64,000 nt of DNA from IMG/VR virus record IMGVR_UViG_3300025438_000011, one strand, 5' to 3'. Below are positions 37,559 to 47,200 of the stretch, piece after piece. The DNA is from an uncultured virus (IMG/VR IMGVR_UViG_3300025438_000011). Its lineage: Duplodnaviria > Heunggongvirae > Uroviricota > Caudoviricetes. How positions within the stretch are numbered: position 1 is the first letter of the stretch; each line of letters begins with the position of its first letter. Position numbers and translations under genes: made by a program. Under the pieces are notes generated by a model. That model saw only the letters and a list, made by a program, of their open reading frames with translations. It had not been told where the DNA came from and made no database searches.

Positions 37559-38500
37559 ATGATGGTTACGGAAAGTGTTGATGTTAGAATAACAAGAAGG
37601 AATATAGATAATTATAAAATGTATGGATATAAATGTGTTATTGGTGAAACGATAATAGTTGATCCAAATCACCTAATGGTGGGTAGTCACCAAATAATTG
37701 AAGTTTCGTGTAAGGTTTGTGAGAAAACAACCACCGCTGTTTATAAAAATTATTATAAAATAATAAAAAAACATGGATATTTTTCCTGTAAAGGAAAATG
37801 CTCTACAAAAAAGATAGAAGATACAAAACTCTCCATATATGGAGTTACAAATAATTCTAAATTAGATTCATGGAAAAATAATATTCAATATATTTGGGAA
37901 AATAGGACAGATTTGGAGATAAAGGGGATAAATGACAAGGCTAAAAACACATCATTTAAAAATACTGGATTCTATCACCATTTACAAAGTGAAGAGGGTA
38001 AAAATAAATATAAAGATACTTGTTTAAAAAAATATGGGGTTACCAATCCATCATATATAAAAGAGGTTAGGGAAAAGAGAGTTAAAACAAAACTAGAAAG
38101 ATTTGGATTTATAAATAACTCACAAACAGAAGAGTGGAAGATATCTAGTAAGGAAACCAGGATAGAAAACGGATTTCAAATACCTGATGAATTAAGAAAT
38201 CCATTTAATTTATATAGATATAGGGTTGATTATCTAACAAGGCAAATAAGGGAGGAATTGTTCAATAATTGGGATGGTTTTGATTTCTATGATGGTGAGT
38301 ATATTAAAGATAATTTATCACTGGATAGTCATGATAGGAATTTCCCAAATGTTGATCACAAAACAAGTGTTTTTTATGGATTTAAAAACGATATACCAGT
38401 TGAGGAAATATCCAATATAGAAAACTTGTGTATAACAAAGAAGTTTATAAACTGCTCAAAAGGGGAGTCAAATAGTGAAGATTTCATAAAAAATATCTGA
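37559..38500 (+). CDS. Putative HNH-type homing endonuclease
   Basis: Zinc ribbon, T.L..YGV.N repeats, C-terminal VDH...NLCIT...N.SK. Confidence 0.65.
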   Translation: MMVTESVDVRITRRNIDNYKMYGYKCVIGETIIVDPNHLMVGSHQIIEVSCKVCEKTTTAVYKNYYKIIKKHGYFSCKGKCSTKKIEDTKLSIYGVTNNSKLDSWKNNIQYIWENRTDLEIKGINDKAKNTSFKNTGFYHHLQSEEGKNKYKDTCLKKYGVTNPSYIKEVREKRVKTKLERFGFINNSQTEEWKISSKETRIENGFQIPDELRNPFNLYRYRVDYLTRQIREELFNNWDGFDFYDGEYIKDNLSLDSHDRNFPNVDHKTSVFYGFKNDIPVEEISNIENLCITKKFINCSKGESNSEDFIKNI

Positions 38501-38523
38501 TAAAAATTAAATATAAACTTGGA

Positions 38524-38922
38524 TTACCATTGATATGTTGTACAATATTTATCCTTGTTTAAAAGATTGTTATAATTTGAAGTACTTATCAACCCGTAAG
38601 AATTCTGATATGTTGGTGATGATATAGTGAATTCTTTAAATTCACCTGTGCAATTATTCTTAACTTGATATTTTATAACATATGTACCAAAATCACTTAA
38701 TTGACCATCAGAACCACCACCAACAGTGTTATCCTCTACATAATTTATAACACCCCAAGAGGATTCGACCGTACCACAATGACACTCATCAACTTGTGTT
38801 GTTCCACCTGATGGTGGTGATGGAGGAGATGGTCTATCATTTTGATTAATCTGTCCGACCTCATCTTTCTGACATCCGATAAACATCATACTCATTAGTA
38901 ATATTGTTAATAGTTTTTTCAT
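38524..38922 (-). CDS. Lipoprotein, Cys-rich family
   Basis: Signal peptide with FIGC lipobox then QKDE; C.CG..NNCTG..C..YQW. Confidence 0.75.
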   Translation of the reverse strand: MKKLLTILLMSMMFIGCQKDEVGQINQNDRPSPPSPPSGGTTQVDECHCGTVESSWGVINYVEDNTVGGGSDGQLSDFGTYVIKYQVKNNCTGEFKEFTISSPTYQNSYGLISTSNYNNLLNKDKYCTTYQW

Positions 38923-38966
38923 TTTGTTTTTATTGTTTTCATTTACTTATTTAACTTTATATGTGA

Positions 38967-39377
38967 TCACCATTGGTAAGTTGATTGATTCTGTGTTGAT
39001 TGCCAATCTATGATATAATTATCTACACATAAAGGTTTATTCAAATATTTATTAGTCTCACTATCTTCGTAGGAAAAATAATGACTAGCTAATACTGATT
39101 TCTTAATACTCGGAAAATTACCCATATTGCCACTACAATAATTTTCAATATTAAAATGTTTTACAACAAAATATGATGTGTATTGTGATCCACCGGTTCC
39201 GGAACCTTGTATTAATGTTGTTGTATATGTTATATTCTTTACAACACCACAGTTACAATCATCTTCTATATTATACGGTATATCAACTGGAGTGGTTTCT
39301 ATAATCTCACCAACCTCATCCTTTTTACATCCGATGAATGTTAATCCGATAAATAGTATTGTCATTATTTTTTTCAT
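38967..39377 (-). CDS. Lipoprotein, Cys-rich family
   Basis: FIGC then KKDE; CNCG..NYCSG..C..YQW. Confidence 0.75.
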   Translation of the reverse strand: MKKIMTILFIGLTFIGCKKDEVGEIIETTPVDIPYNIEDDCNCGVVKNITYTTTLIQGSGTGGSQYTSYFVVKHFNIENYCSGNMGNFPSIKKSVLASHYFSYEDSETNKYLNKPLCVDNYIIDWQSTQNQSTYQW

Positions 39378-39463
39378 AAATCAAATATAATAATATTTTT
39401 TGATTAAATACCTCACTCTGTATATATTAGTTTTTGTATGTTATTTTTACTATCTTTGTTAAT

Positions 39464-39919
39464 ATGGAAGTAAAGGTTAGATTAGTTAATCTGGGTAATG
39501 ATAAATTGGCGACTGTCAAGGCTATCAATTACAGTACTGGCTTAGGATTGAAAGAATCGAAAGAGTTTATCGATGCCTTCCACCCACCAAAAAATATGGT
39601 TGTTCAAACACTTGACGTTGTGGATTTCGATATATTGGTGGATTGTTTATCGAAATGTAATTATGAATTCATAATTATTGATGTTCAGAAGAAGAGGAGA
39701 GAGAAGTTAATTGAACTTGGATTAGGTGATGATGTAGATACCATGGAGTTATTAGCTGAGAAATTATCAGATAAATTATGTACAGATATAAGTAAGTTGG
39801 GTAATCAGAGGATATATCCTATTATACGAAACAATATATTAGAAATCCTTTTTGATATGGATAACCCTGATATTGTACACAAACTATTAACTAAAATAAA
39901 AAAGAAAAATGATAGTTAA
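39464..39919 (+). CDS. bL12 (L7/L12) C-terminal-domain-like protein
   Basis: KLATVKAI...TGLGLKESKEFID. Confidence 0.7.
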   Translation: MEVKVRLVNLGNDKLATVKAINYSTGLGLKESKEFIDAFHPPKNMVVQTLDVVDFDILVDCLSKCNYEFIIIDVQKKRREKLIELGLGDDVDTMELLAEKLSDKLCTDISKLGNQRIYPIIRNNILEILFDMDNPDIVHKLLTKIKKKNDS

Positions 39920-40379
39920 ATTGACTTTATTGAAACATGGTCATAATAAATTTAATTGTGTGAAGACCATTAAAAAAGGTAGTTCTCTTGGACTTATAGA
40001 AGCGAAGCATATATTAGATTATGCCGTTATCGGTCAAGCACAGGACGTTGATGTTATTGATGTTGATATTTTTAGAGAGAATTTGTTGTTCGATGCGCCT
40101 GATTATGAGTGGAGTGTAGGTGATGTTGTGTCGGATAGAAAGAGAAAATTAATTGATTTGGGTATAGGTGATAATTCAGATAGGATTGATATGTTTTCCA
40201 AGTATCTATCGTTGAAGATTTATTCTGAAATCAGAGTGAGTGATGGGGATGTCGAACTTATGGATATAATAAAAACAAATATTTTTAATATATTTGATGG
40301 TTTAGAGGATGATGAGTTGGTTGAGAAATTATATAACAATATTTATAAAAATTTTAATTATGGCGGAACTAACACTTGA
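39909..40379 (+). CDS. bL12 CTD-like protein, tandem paralogue
   Basis: KFNCVKTIK..SSLGLIEAKHILD; shares R.KLI.LG.GD with its neighbour. Confidence 0.65.
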   Translation: MIVKLTLLKHGHNKFNCVKTIKKGSSLGLIEAKHILDYAVIGQAQDVDVIDVDIFRENLLFDAPDYEWSVGDVVSDRKRKLIDLGIGDNSDRIDMFSKYLSLKIYSEIRVSDGDVELMDIIKTNIFNIFDGLEDDELVEKLYNNIYKNFNYGGTNT

Positions 40380-40512
40380 TGAAGAAGAACAAGTAGAATT
40401 TTTAAAATGGCTTGGTCGATATGAATATTCATTTGGTCCTAGTGATTATGAGGAAGTAGTAAAAGATTATTCAGAGTATAAAAGAAAAAAGAAAGATGAT
40501 AGTAAGATGTAG
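40360..40512 (+). CDS. Small hypothetical protein
   Basis: MAELTLDEEEQ..., overlaps neighbours. Confidence 0.5.
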   Translation: MAELTLDEEEQVEFLKWLGRYEYSFGPSDYEEVVKDYSEYKRKKKDDSKM

Positions 40513-40651
40513 AAAAGATACTGGTAGATTGTTTTTCCGGAAACTTATATTGTGTTCATAATTTTGACAACACTCATCATATGGAGTGGGCATCTATGAA
40601 TGTATTTCTGGAAGATGGTAAAACCCTTTATCTTCTAATGGTGGTGTTGAT

Positions 40652-40852
40652 ATGATTGAGGCACTTGCTAAATCAATAATGGATAGTAAAAGACACTAGG
40701 TGGGTATTCTTGAATGGGCTATACGTAAGGGTTCGAGAGAGCTTGAACTCACAGAGGAAGACTTCAGTGAGTTGTTGAATAAACCATTGAGTGAAATTAT
40801 TGATTTATGTGACCGTAAAGGTGATTTAAATTCTAATTATTATATCCGTTAA
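40652..40852 (+). pseudogene. Possible small gene with an internal TAG
   Basis: MIEALAKSIMDSKRH*VGILEWAIRKG...YIR*. Confidence 0.35.
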
Positions 40853-41281
40853 TTACATCACTACATTCCACGTATCTTCATTAGAACTCCAATCACTGAA
40901 CTTCTCAGACCCACCACGGACACTCCAATCAGAGTCAATGGTAAGCTTTGAGCTAATACCACCTCTTGGGTTACATATAACCACCATACGTAATCTCTGT
41001 GGGTCATATGTTTCTATTAGGTCTTCATATACTTTATTCAGTAGTCGTTCGTATGATACTACAATATCTCTAAGTTGAAATATGTACATTTTTAGTGATT
41101 TCAATTCAATTATTTTATCACCTGGATAAAATGTTAAATAGATAGTTGCGAAATCTGGTTGTTCGTGTACACCAAGAAATGTACATTCCGGTAATTTTAT
41201 CTTCATCTCATACGCTTCCTTAGAAGGATTTGGTAAAGCTTTTAATAGTGTTCTGTCGATATCTGTGTGTAATTTCTTCAT
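40853..41281 (-). CDS. queF: QueF-like T-fold protein (atypical active site)
   Basis: QPDFATI, IELKSLKMY, SYE, NPRGGI; the Cys of EFTSLCP is replaced by Gly. Confidence 0.75.
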   Translation of the reverse strand: MKKLHTDIDRTLLKALPNPSKEAYEMKIKLPECTFLGVHEQPDFATIYLTFYPGDKIIELKSLKMYIFQLRDIVVSYERLLNKVYEDLIETYDPQRLRMVVICNPRGGISSKLTIDSDWSVRGGSEKFSDWSSNEDTWNVVM

Positions 41282-41319
41282 ATTTCTTGTTTAATATATA
41301 AATAAAATGTTATTTAGTT

Positions 41320-41733
41320 GTGTATATAATTAAGAAAATAAATGAATTTGACTGTGTGGTAGAGAATAACTCTTGGTTGAAATCGATATTAACATCACTA
41401 TTATTATTAATACCTATGAACCGTTCCGATAATTGGACGGTTAAGAATGACTCAGATAGTGTTATATATGTTAAGGGTGAGGGAAGTATAGAAGTTGATA
41501 CGATTACGCCTGGTGGTGTTTATAATGGTGACGTTGATGGTATTCGTGTAAATGGGAGAGTATTTAAATTCATTAATAGTGTTGATAAATTTGGTATAGT
41601 TGTTACCGGTGATTCATTCGAATTCAGTATTATGGATGAGGAGGTTCGTAATATAAATGACATACTTGGTGGTGGATATCTAAAATCAATACCAGATACG
41701 AGTTGGAGTGATATATTCAATGTAGGTCAATAA
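41320..41733 (+). CDS. Hypothetical protein
   Basis: ORF after AATATATA; short hydrophobic segment. Confidence 0.55.
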   Translation: MYIIKKINEFDCVVENNSWLKSILTSLLLLIPMNRSDNWTVKNDSDSVIYVKGEGSIEVDTITPGGVYNGDVDGIRVNGRVFKFINSVDKFGIVVTGDSFEFSIMDEEVRNINDILGGGYLKSIPDTSWSDIFNVGQ

Positions 41734-41891
41734 GAATCCCTATGTTTTGGCTTTCTAGTGTAGTTTTTCTTACTTTTGAATGTTCTATTCTTGTGAATGT
41801 TGTATATACCAAGTTCTAACATAGCATCTCTTCTAACAGCCTTTTGACTATTTCTCAGAGAATTTTTCGATATGTTATTTTTACCAGACAT
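41727..41891 (-). CDS. ArfA-like basic peptide (54 aa)
   Basis: Hand translation ending NRTFKSKKNYTRKPKHRDSY; TACCTTTA -7 element just upstream. Confidence 0.55.
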   Translation of the reverse strand: MSGKNNISKNSLRNSQKAVRRDAMLELGIYNIHKNRTFKSKKNYTRKPKHRDSY

Positions 41892-41904
41892 TTTGTAAAG
41901 GTAT

Positions 41905-41939
41905 AAAAAAAACCCGATGAGTTTCGACTCATCGGGTTT
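41905..41939 (-). terminator. Intrinsic terminator after the S1 gene
   Basis: AAACCCGATGAGT-CGAA-ACTCATCGGGTTT plus T-run on the minus strand. Confidence 0.85.
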
Positions 41940-41959
41940 AACATTAAAAGTTTTTATTC

Positions 41960-43123
41960 TTACTTCCTTGTAGTTAAGAATATTTTTCGATTTGGTCTAT
42001 CGATAGCTAAAACTTTAACTTTTACTTGGTCACCAATATCAAACTTCATACCAGATTTCTCTATTTCTGATGTGTGTATAAGACCCACTGTTTCGGAATC
42101 AAGTACGACTAATGTACCGAACGATTTAACAGTTTTAACAATACCTGATAGTTCATCACCACTTGAAATGTTATCCCAAAGTGTTTCTCTCAAAATTTGT
42201 GTCAGTATAATCTTATTGTTTTTGATTATTTCTTTCACATAAAATTCAATTTTAGCACCTGGTTTGATTTCCTGAATACGATCAGACCATTCTTCAACGA
42301 TGTTAGCTTTATGAATCATTCCAGTTAAACATACTGGAGCATCTGTATCTACACCGAATTCAACAAAAACACCAAATGGAGTTGTACCGGTAACAGTACC
42401 TCTATATGTGTGGTTGGTAAGTAATTTACCCAACTCATCAGGGATAAGAGTTCTTAGGTACTTTCGTCTTGAAACTATATATGTTCTTTCGTGTGAAGAG
42501 AACGACTCAATCATCACATCTATATCAGTTCCAATAATGGATTCTGGATTATGAAGCTTGTTGATACCTGCTAGTGTATTAGGCATGAAAGCTGGTAACG
42601 TAACATTACTATATGTAATATCGATTGTATATCCGGCTGGATTCATTTCTTTTACTCTAGCACTTACAACTACGTCTGTATCCTTATCCAATTTCTCATG
42701 TGCCATTGATTCGAACATCTGTGATATAGAACCTTTAATTTCGTAGTTTGTTCTATCGACATCATAAATTAATAAATCAACTGTATCTCCAGTTTCCAGA
42801 AGCTCGATGTGTTTAACTTCGGAAGGTTTGTTCTCTACATGAATATGGTCTTTAAACCCCTCGTACCAGAAAATAAAATCTGAACCATCTACTCCACCAT
42901 ATTTAGCTGTTATTACATCACCAGTTCGTGGATCTTTAATATCAATACTTTGGATCATGTTGAAAAACTCAACATCCTCTTTAGTAACTGGTACTACATT
43001 CCTAAGGTTCTTTTTCTTCTTGTCTTCGTATTCAAATTCATCCCACCAAGCTTGGTCGGATATCGGTTCTTTTATAACCGATGTTTTTTTAATTCTCTCT
43101 TCTTCTAGAATTTCTGTTATCAT
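41960..43123 (-). CDS. Ribosomal protein bS1-like multi-S1-domain protein
   Basis: GTVTGTTPFGVFVEF..GMIH, GIVKTVKSFG..GLIHTSEI..GDQVKVKVLAID; 3-4 S1 repeats. Confidence 0.82.
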   Translation of the reverse strand: MITEILEEERIKKTSVIKEPISDQAWWDEFEYEDKKKKNLRNVVPVTKEDVEFFNMIQSIDIKDPRTGDVITAKYGGVDGSDFIFWYEGFKDHIHVENKPSEVKHIELLETGDTVDLLIYDVDRTNYEIKGSISQMFESMAHEKLDKDTDVVVSARVKEMNPAGYTIDITYSNVTLPAFMPNTLAGINKLHNPESIIGTDIDVMIESFSSHERTYIVSRRKYLRTLIPDELGKLLTNHTYRGTVTGTTPFGVFVEFGVDTDAPVCLTGMIHKANIVEEWSDRIQEIKPGAKIEFYVKEIIKNNKIILTQILRETLWDNISSGDELSGIVKTVKSFGTLVVLDSETVGLIHTSEIEKSGMKFDIGDQVKVKVLAIDRPNRKIFLTTRK

Positions 43124-43167
43124 TTTTCATTTTTTAAAAGTTATGAGTGTTATATATATCTTTTCAA

Positions 43168-43533
43168 TTATTGTTTATTCTTATATCCGTTTTTTCTCAT
43201 ATAATCTCGTATTCTACACGCTTCCTCGAAATTTTCTGTTCGGATTGCCTTATTTAACTTATCACTAAGTTCATAAAATAGTTCTTCCTCATTCTTCTGT
43301 TTCTTCAATTTATCTAAATCATCTACCATTTCTTTATACCAACTATTCATTTCTGAGATATTTTTAAAATATGGATTCTCATTTTTTTTAATAATTGTTG
43401 TTGAATCGTATATTCTATCTATGAAATCATCTGAAAGAGCTTTACTTTCTAATAAGAATTTAGCCAGGTGGTTTGGTCTTCCATCAAATTCCTCAAATAA
43501 CTTTTTTAATTTATCAAAATCCTCTGAATTCAT
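43168..43533 (-). CDS. Protein with a C-terminal UVR (UvrB/C) motif
   Basis: LNKAIRTENFEEACRIRD. Confidence 0.75.
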   Translation of the reverse strand: MNSEDFDKLKKLFEEFDGRPNHLAKFLLESKALSDDFIDRIYDSTTIIKKNENPYFKNISEMNSWYKEMVDDLDKLKKQKNEEELFYELSDKLNKAIRTENFEEACRIRDYMRKNGYKNKQ

Positions 43534-43538
43534 TCTAT

Positions 43539-44270
43539 TTATATTTTTTCATATAGAAGTGTGAAGTAATAATCATAATTGACACTTCTAGCTTCTTTTT
43601 CTTGTGTAAATGTTACAATTGTTCTGGATTGGTTAAAATCTGTATTTGTTTCAATGTTACGAACGAGGTTATCATTGGTTGATATATCACTCGGTAATAT
43701 GGCTAATCTGTTAGTTGTTGTATCAGTATATCCGGCCCAGACATTATTATATTTCAGTATGGCTTGATTATTAAGTTGGTTGTATTTCAAATACAATTCA
43801 ACCTTAGTTAATTTATACCTATCAAAAACATTCTTAGCTATATATTCTTTGATGGCAAAATCAACATCTTCCGTTTTAGTCATTGTATTTCTAACTCCTT
43901 CGAATGTTCTCCACCTTTTGAGTGTTGTGAATATGTGATTAGTTAATATTGTTTTTAGGTCAATTGTCATAATATACCTACATCTATTATCTCTTTGTGT
44001 GGGTGTCTGTGAATCATCAATAACTAATGTGTGATTAAACCTCTTGTTTTCTGATGATGAATATGAAATTGATGGTAGTGAATTTTCGATTGATTCGTCT
44101 AATTGTTCTTTATTAGCTTTTTGAAAATAAACAAGTGATTGATTATCAATAGTCAATTCATCTTCAACCTCTAACATTTTAGATGCAAAGAATGTAGATT
44201 CTTCTCTCATATTATATGTGCCCCAGATAGGTGAATAATCAAATTCTGGAGATATGTATGTTCTTCTCAT
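43539..44270 (-). CDS. Hypothetical, probably virion protein
   Basis: Coupled to the upstream large structural gene. Confidence 0.6.
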   Translation of the reverse strand: MRRTYISPEFDYSPIWGTYNMREESTFFASKMLEVEDELTIDNQSLVYFQKANKEQLDESIENSLPSISYSSSENKRFNHTLVIDDSQTPTQRDNRCRYIMTIDLKTILTNHIFTTLKRWRTFEGVRNTMTKTEDVDFAIKEYIAKNVFDRYKLTKVELYLKYNQLNNQAILKYNNVWAGYTDTTTNRLAILPSDISTNDNLVRNIETNTDFNQSRTIVTFTQEKEARSVNYDYYFTLLYEKI

Positions 44271-47200
44271 CAGATAGTGTTATAATTTTTTATTATCTGT
44301 TGTATATATTGTGTTCTAAATATATTCTGTTGTGATGTAGCAGATGTTATCTTGGGGTTATTCGTTTTATAATGATATAGAAAATCCCATGTTGATTTAA
44401 AGATAAAGAAGTCAGCTACCATGTATCCGAATTCATCAAGCATCGGATATATTGAATTGAAGCTATCGTTATTTTTCAATTTCAACACATTTTCAATTTC
44501 ATTCACTTTTTGTATGACTCTTTGTCGCTTAACTCCGAATAATGATAGGTTTGTGTCGAAGGTGTAATTACCAGACCTCATACTCAACGGACTGACTGGT
44601 ATTAGTTGGTTTGTAGTTCCGATATGTGGTGGTGAATTATTTACATAAGGTTCATCAATATCAACATAGTATCCATTACCAGACACACCAACATCAATGA
44701 CACGGTGTAATCCATCCGCGTAATAATTTCTATAGTATATACCACCTTGTACTGGTGTGGATCCTAAATTTGATTGGTTTGTTACTACTAAAGTATTTGT
44801 TACATTTGTTATAGTATGATCACCATTATATTGTGTGTGAGTGTATCCTTCGTATTGGAATACTGTTATAACGTCACCAACATTTATACTATGTGTAGAT
44901 GTTAATAATGCAAAAGAACCGGCATAGAAGTTATTATCTATGAAGTCGAATTGTTCAGCAGCTCCTGACACGGTTATGTAATCACCAATGGAATACCCTG
45001 GATTGGTTTCTCCATATAGTCTGAATACCCCACCTGATGCCGGAAGTAAAGAACTGAAATGCCAATTATCTCTTAGGTTATTGTATGTAACGCCTCTATC
45101 GCTATCATATACTGATGAATCTCTGAATAATTCCACCTCATATACGAGTGGCATGTAATACCCAGAATGTCTGAACAATGATTGAGTTGTATCATTTGTG
45201 TTTTGTCCATTTAAATTTGTAGTAACCGGAACCACATCTTCATTATTTTCGATATTATAGGCAATTGGATTCTCATTATAGAAATTAATCTTTTCTAAAT
45301 TATCTATATTACCATTTTCTAAACTTCGGAACGGTTTTAATATGTTTTTCGATAACCCATCAACTTCATAAGTGAGTGATGAATCATCAATTTTGAACAA
45401 ATCAGCCTCTTCTGCTAATAAATAATATGGTAGGTTTTCTAGATTGTTTCCGAAATTATATTTGGATATAGTGAAATCGTTTTCTACAACAACATATGAT
45501 GTGTAGTCAGCAAACCCATATATCGTATCTAGGTCATTAATCTGTCTTATGAAATTACATGCCGTTATTCTACTGTTTGGTTGAACATATAGCTCATCAC
45601 GTTCAATATTTCGTGTTTCATCTATTACATCATTTGCAGCTTGTAATGTATTGTCATTAAAGGCAATATTCACAAAGACATTCTTAAATGGTTTGTGTAT
45701 GTAAATTGTAATACCATTATCTAGTGTATAATCACCAGCCGTTGATCCGATATAGCTAGTTGCTTGGCCTGGATTGAATTTATTTAAATAAAATACGTTA
45801 TCTATTTGAATTACTGGATTAGTATATGCTGAATATTTATAATTAGTATCTGGTATGAATGAATATAATCTTTCCCAAATAATTGATAACCCTGGAATAT
45901 CTTCACCACTAACACTAACATTATTATCTTTTTTATATAGAACACCATCATATACTCTATTAGTATCATTGATGTTAGTGGGTATATTTTCATTAACATC
46001 CCATAGTGGTATTCTATTCCACACAAAATTAATCACTTGTGATGATGGTATTTCATTCCAATATTTAGTTCCGTCAAAATTAACTGACATTTTTCGGTTT
46101 GAAACAATTGGTCTAATACCCGTCGGTACATCTTCAATAGCTTCGTAAAATCTATTCTTATAATTTACCACTGAGCCTATTGTGTATGTGAATTGACCAG
46201 CGTCCCAGAAATCAGTGTATTGAGTCGGGTTGTACTGGTTGTATTGACCATTTATAGTATAACTTCTCTCATAGTATTCACCATATATGTATATGCATGA
46301 ACCGGGTGAGTTAGTTGGATTTTGATTACCTGTCCAAAACATATGTGTGTTAGCTTCTGTTTGAAATGGATTGAATTGCGTAGGCCATCCTGCTGGAGTT
46401 TCTGTTGGATCCGTTATAGTGATATCATCACCAGCCCAATATGTTTCTCCTTCGTACATAACTACGTCATATCTCTTATACGGTGTGTCAGTCTCAAAAT
46501 TATAAATACGTGTCCATTGCATCTTACCTCGCCATTTACCACCAACTTGGTGAGATTCATCAATGCCAGTATCAACGCTGAATGTGTGACCTCCCGGTGA
46601 TGATACTATACCAGAAACTTCACCACTACTTAATTGGTTTGGTGGATAATCAAGTTCTATTTCATCACCAACTATAAATGAAGGTGTTGCTCCTGATGTG
46701 AAAAATTCTGTTACACCAAGTCCTAATGATGTAGAGTATTCGAATGTACCAATTTCACATGTATCGTATAGAGTTCCATCATCCGAAACTCCTTTATCAT
46801 TACTCGATAGTAATACTGAGAATTTGTAATCATCAAATGTATTTTTGGTGAATAAGTTTAAGTTCTTTATAGAAACACTATCTTTTATAATAGAATCTAC
46901 TTCAAATAATTTAAACTTAATTCCTCTAAAAACAGTTGTGTTTGGAATTGAATCATCACCAACATCGAAATGTGAATACTTTTTCTTATTTCTAGATATA
47001 TCCCCATCTAAGAATGATTGTGTTTGTGAAAAGAATAGGTCGAAATAATTCATATCGTATGAGAACGTATTCCCGTAATATGAGTATGTGGAAACATTCA
47101 AATAATCATCTATTTTAAATTTGTATGTTTCATCCTGTACATTTCCATTATTCTTCTCAACGTGAAATGTGTGGTGTATGTGTGATGTTGTTCCAGAATT

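Noticed and set aside
40652..40852. Stop-codon recoding suggested by an internal TAG
   Set aside because: Very long ORFs read cleanly in code 11, TAG ends real genes such as tnpB and the RNA ligase, and no suppressor tRNA was seen
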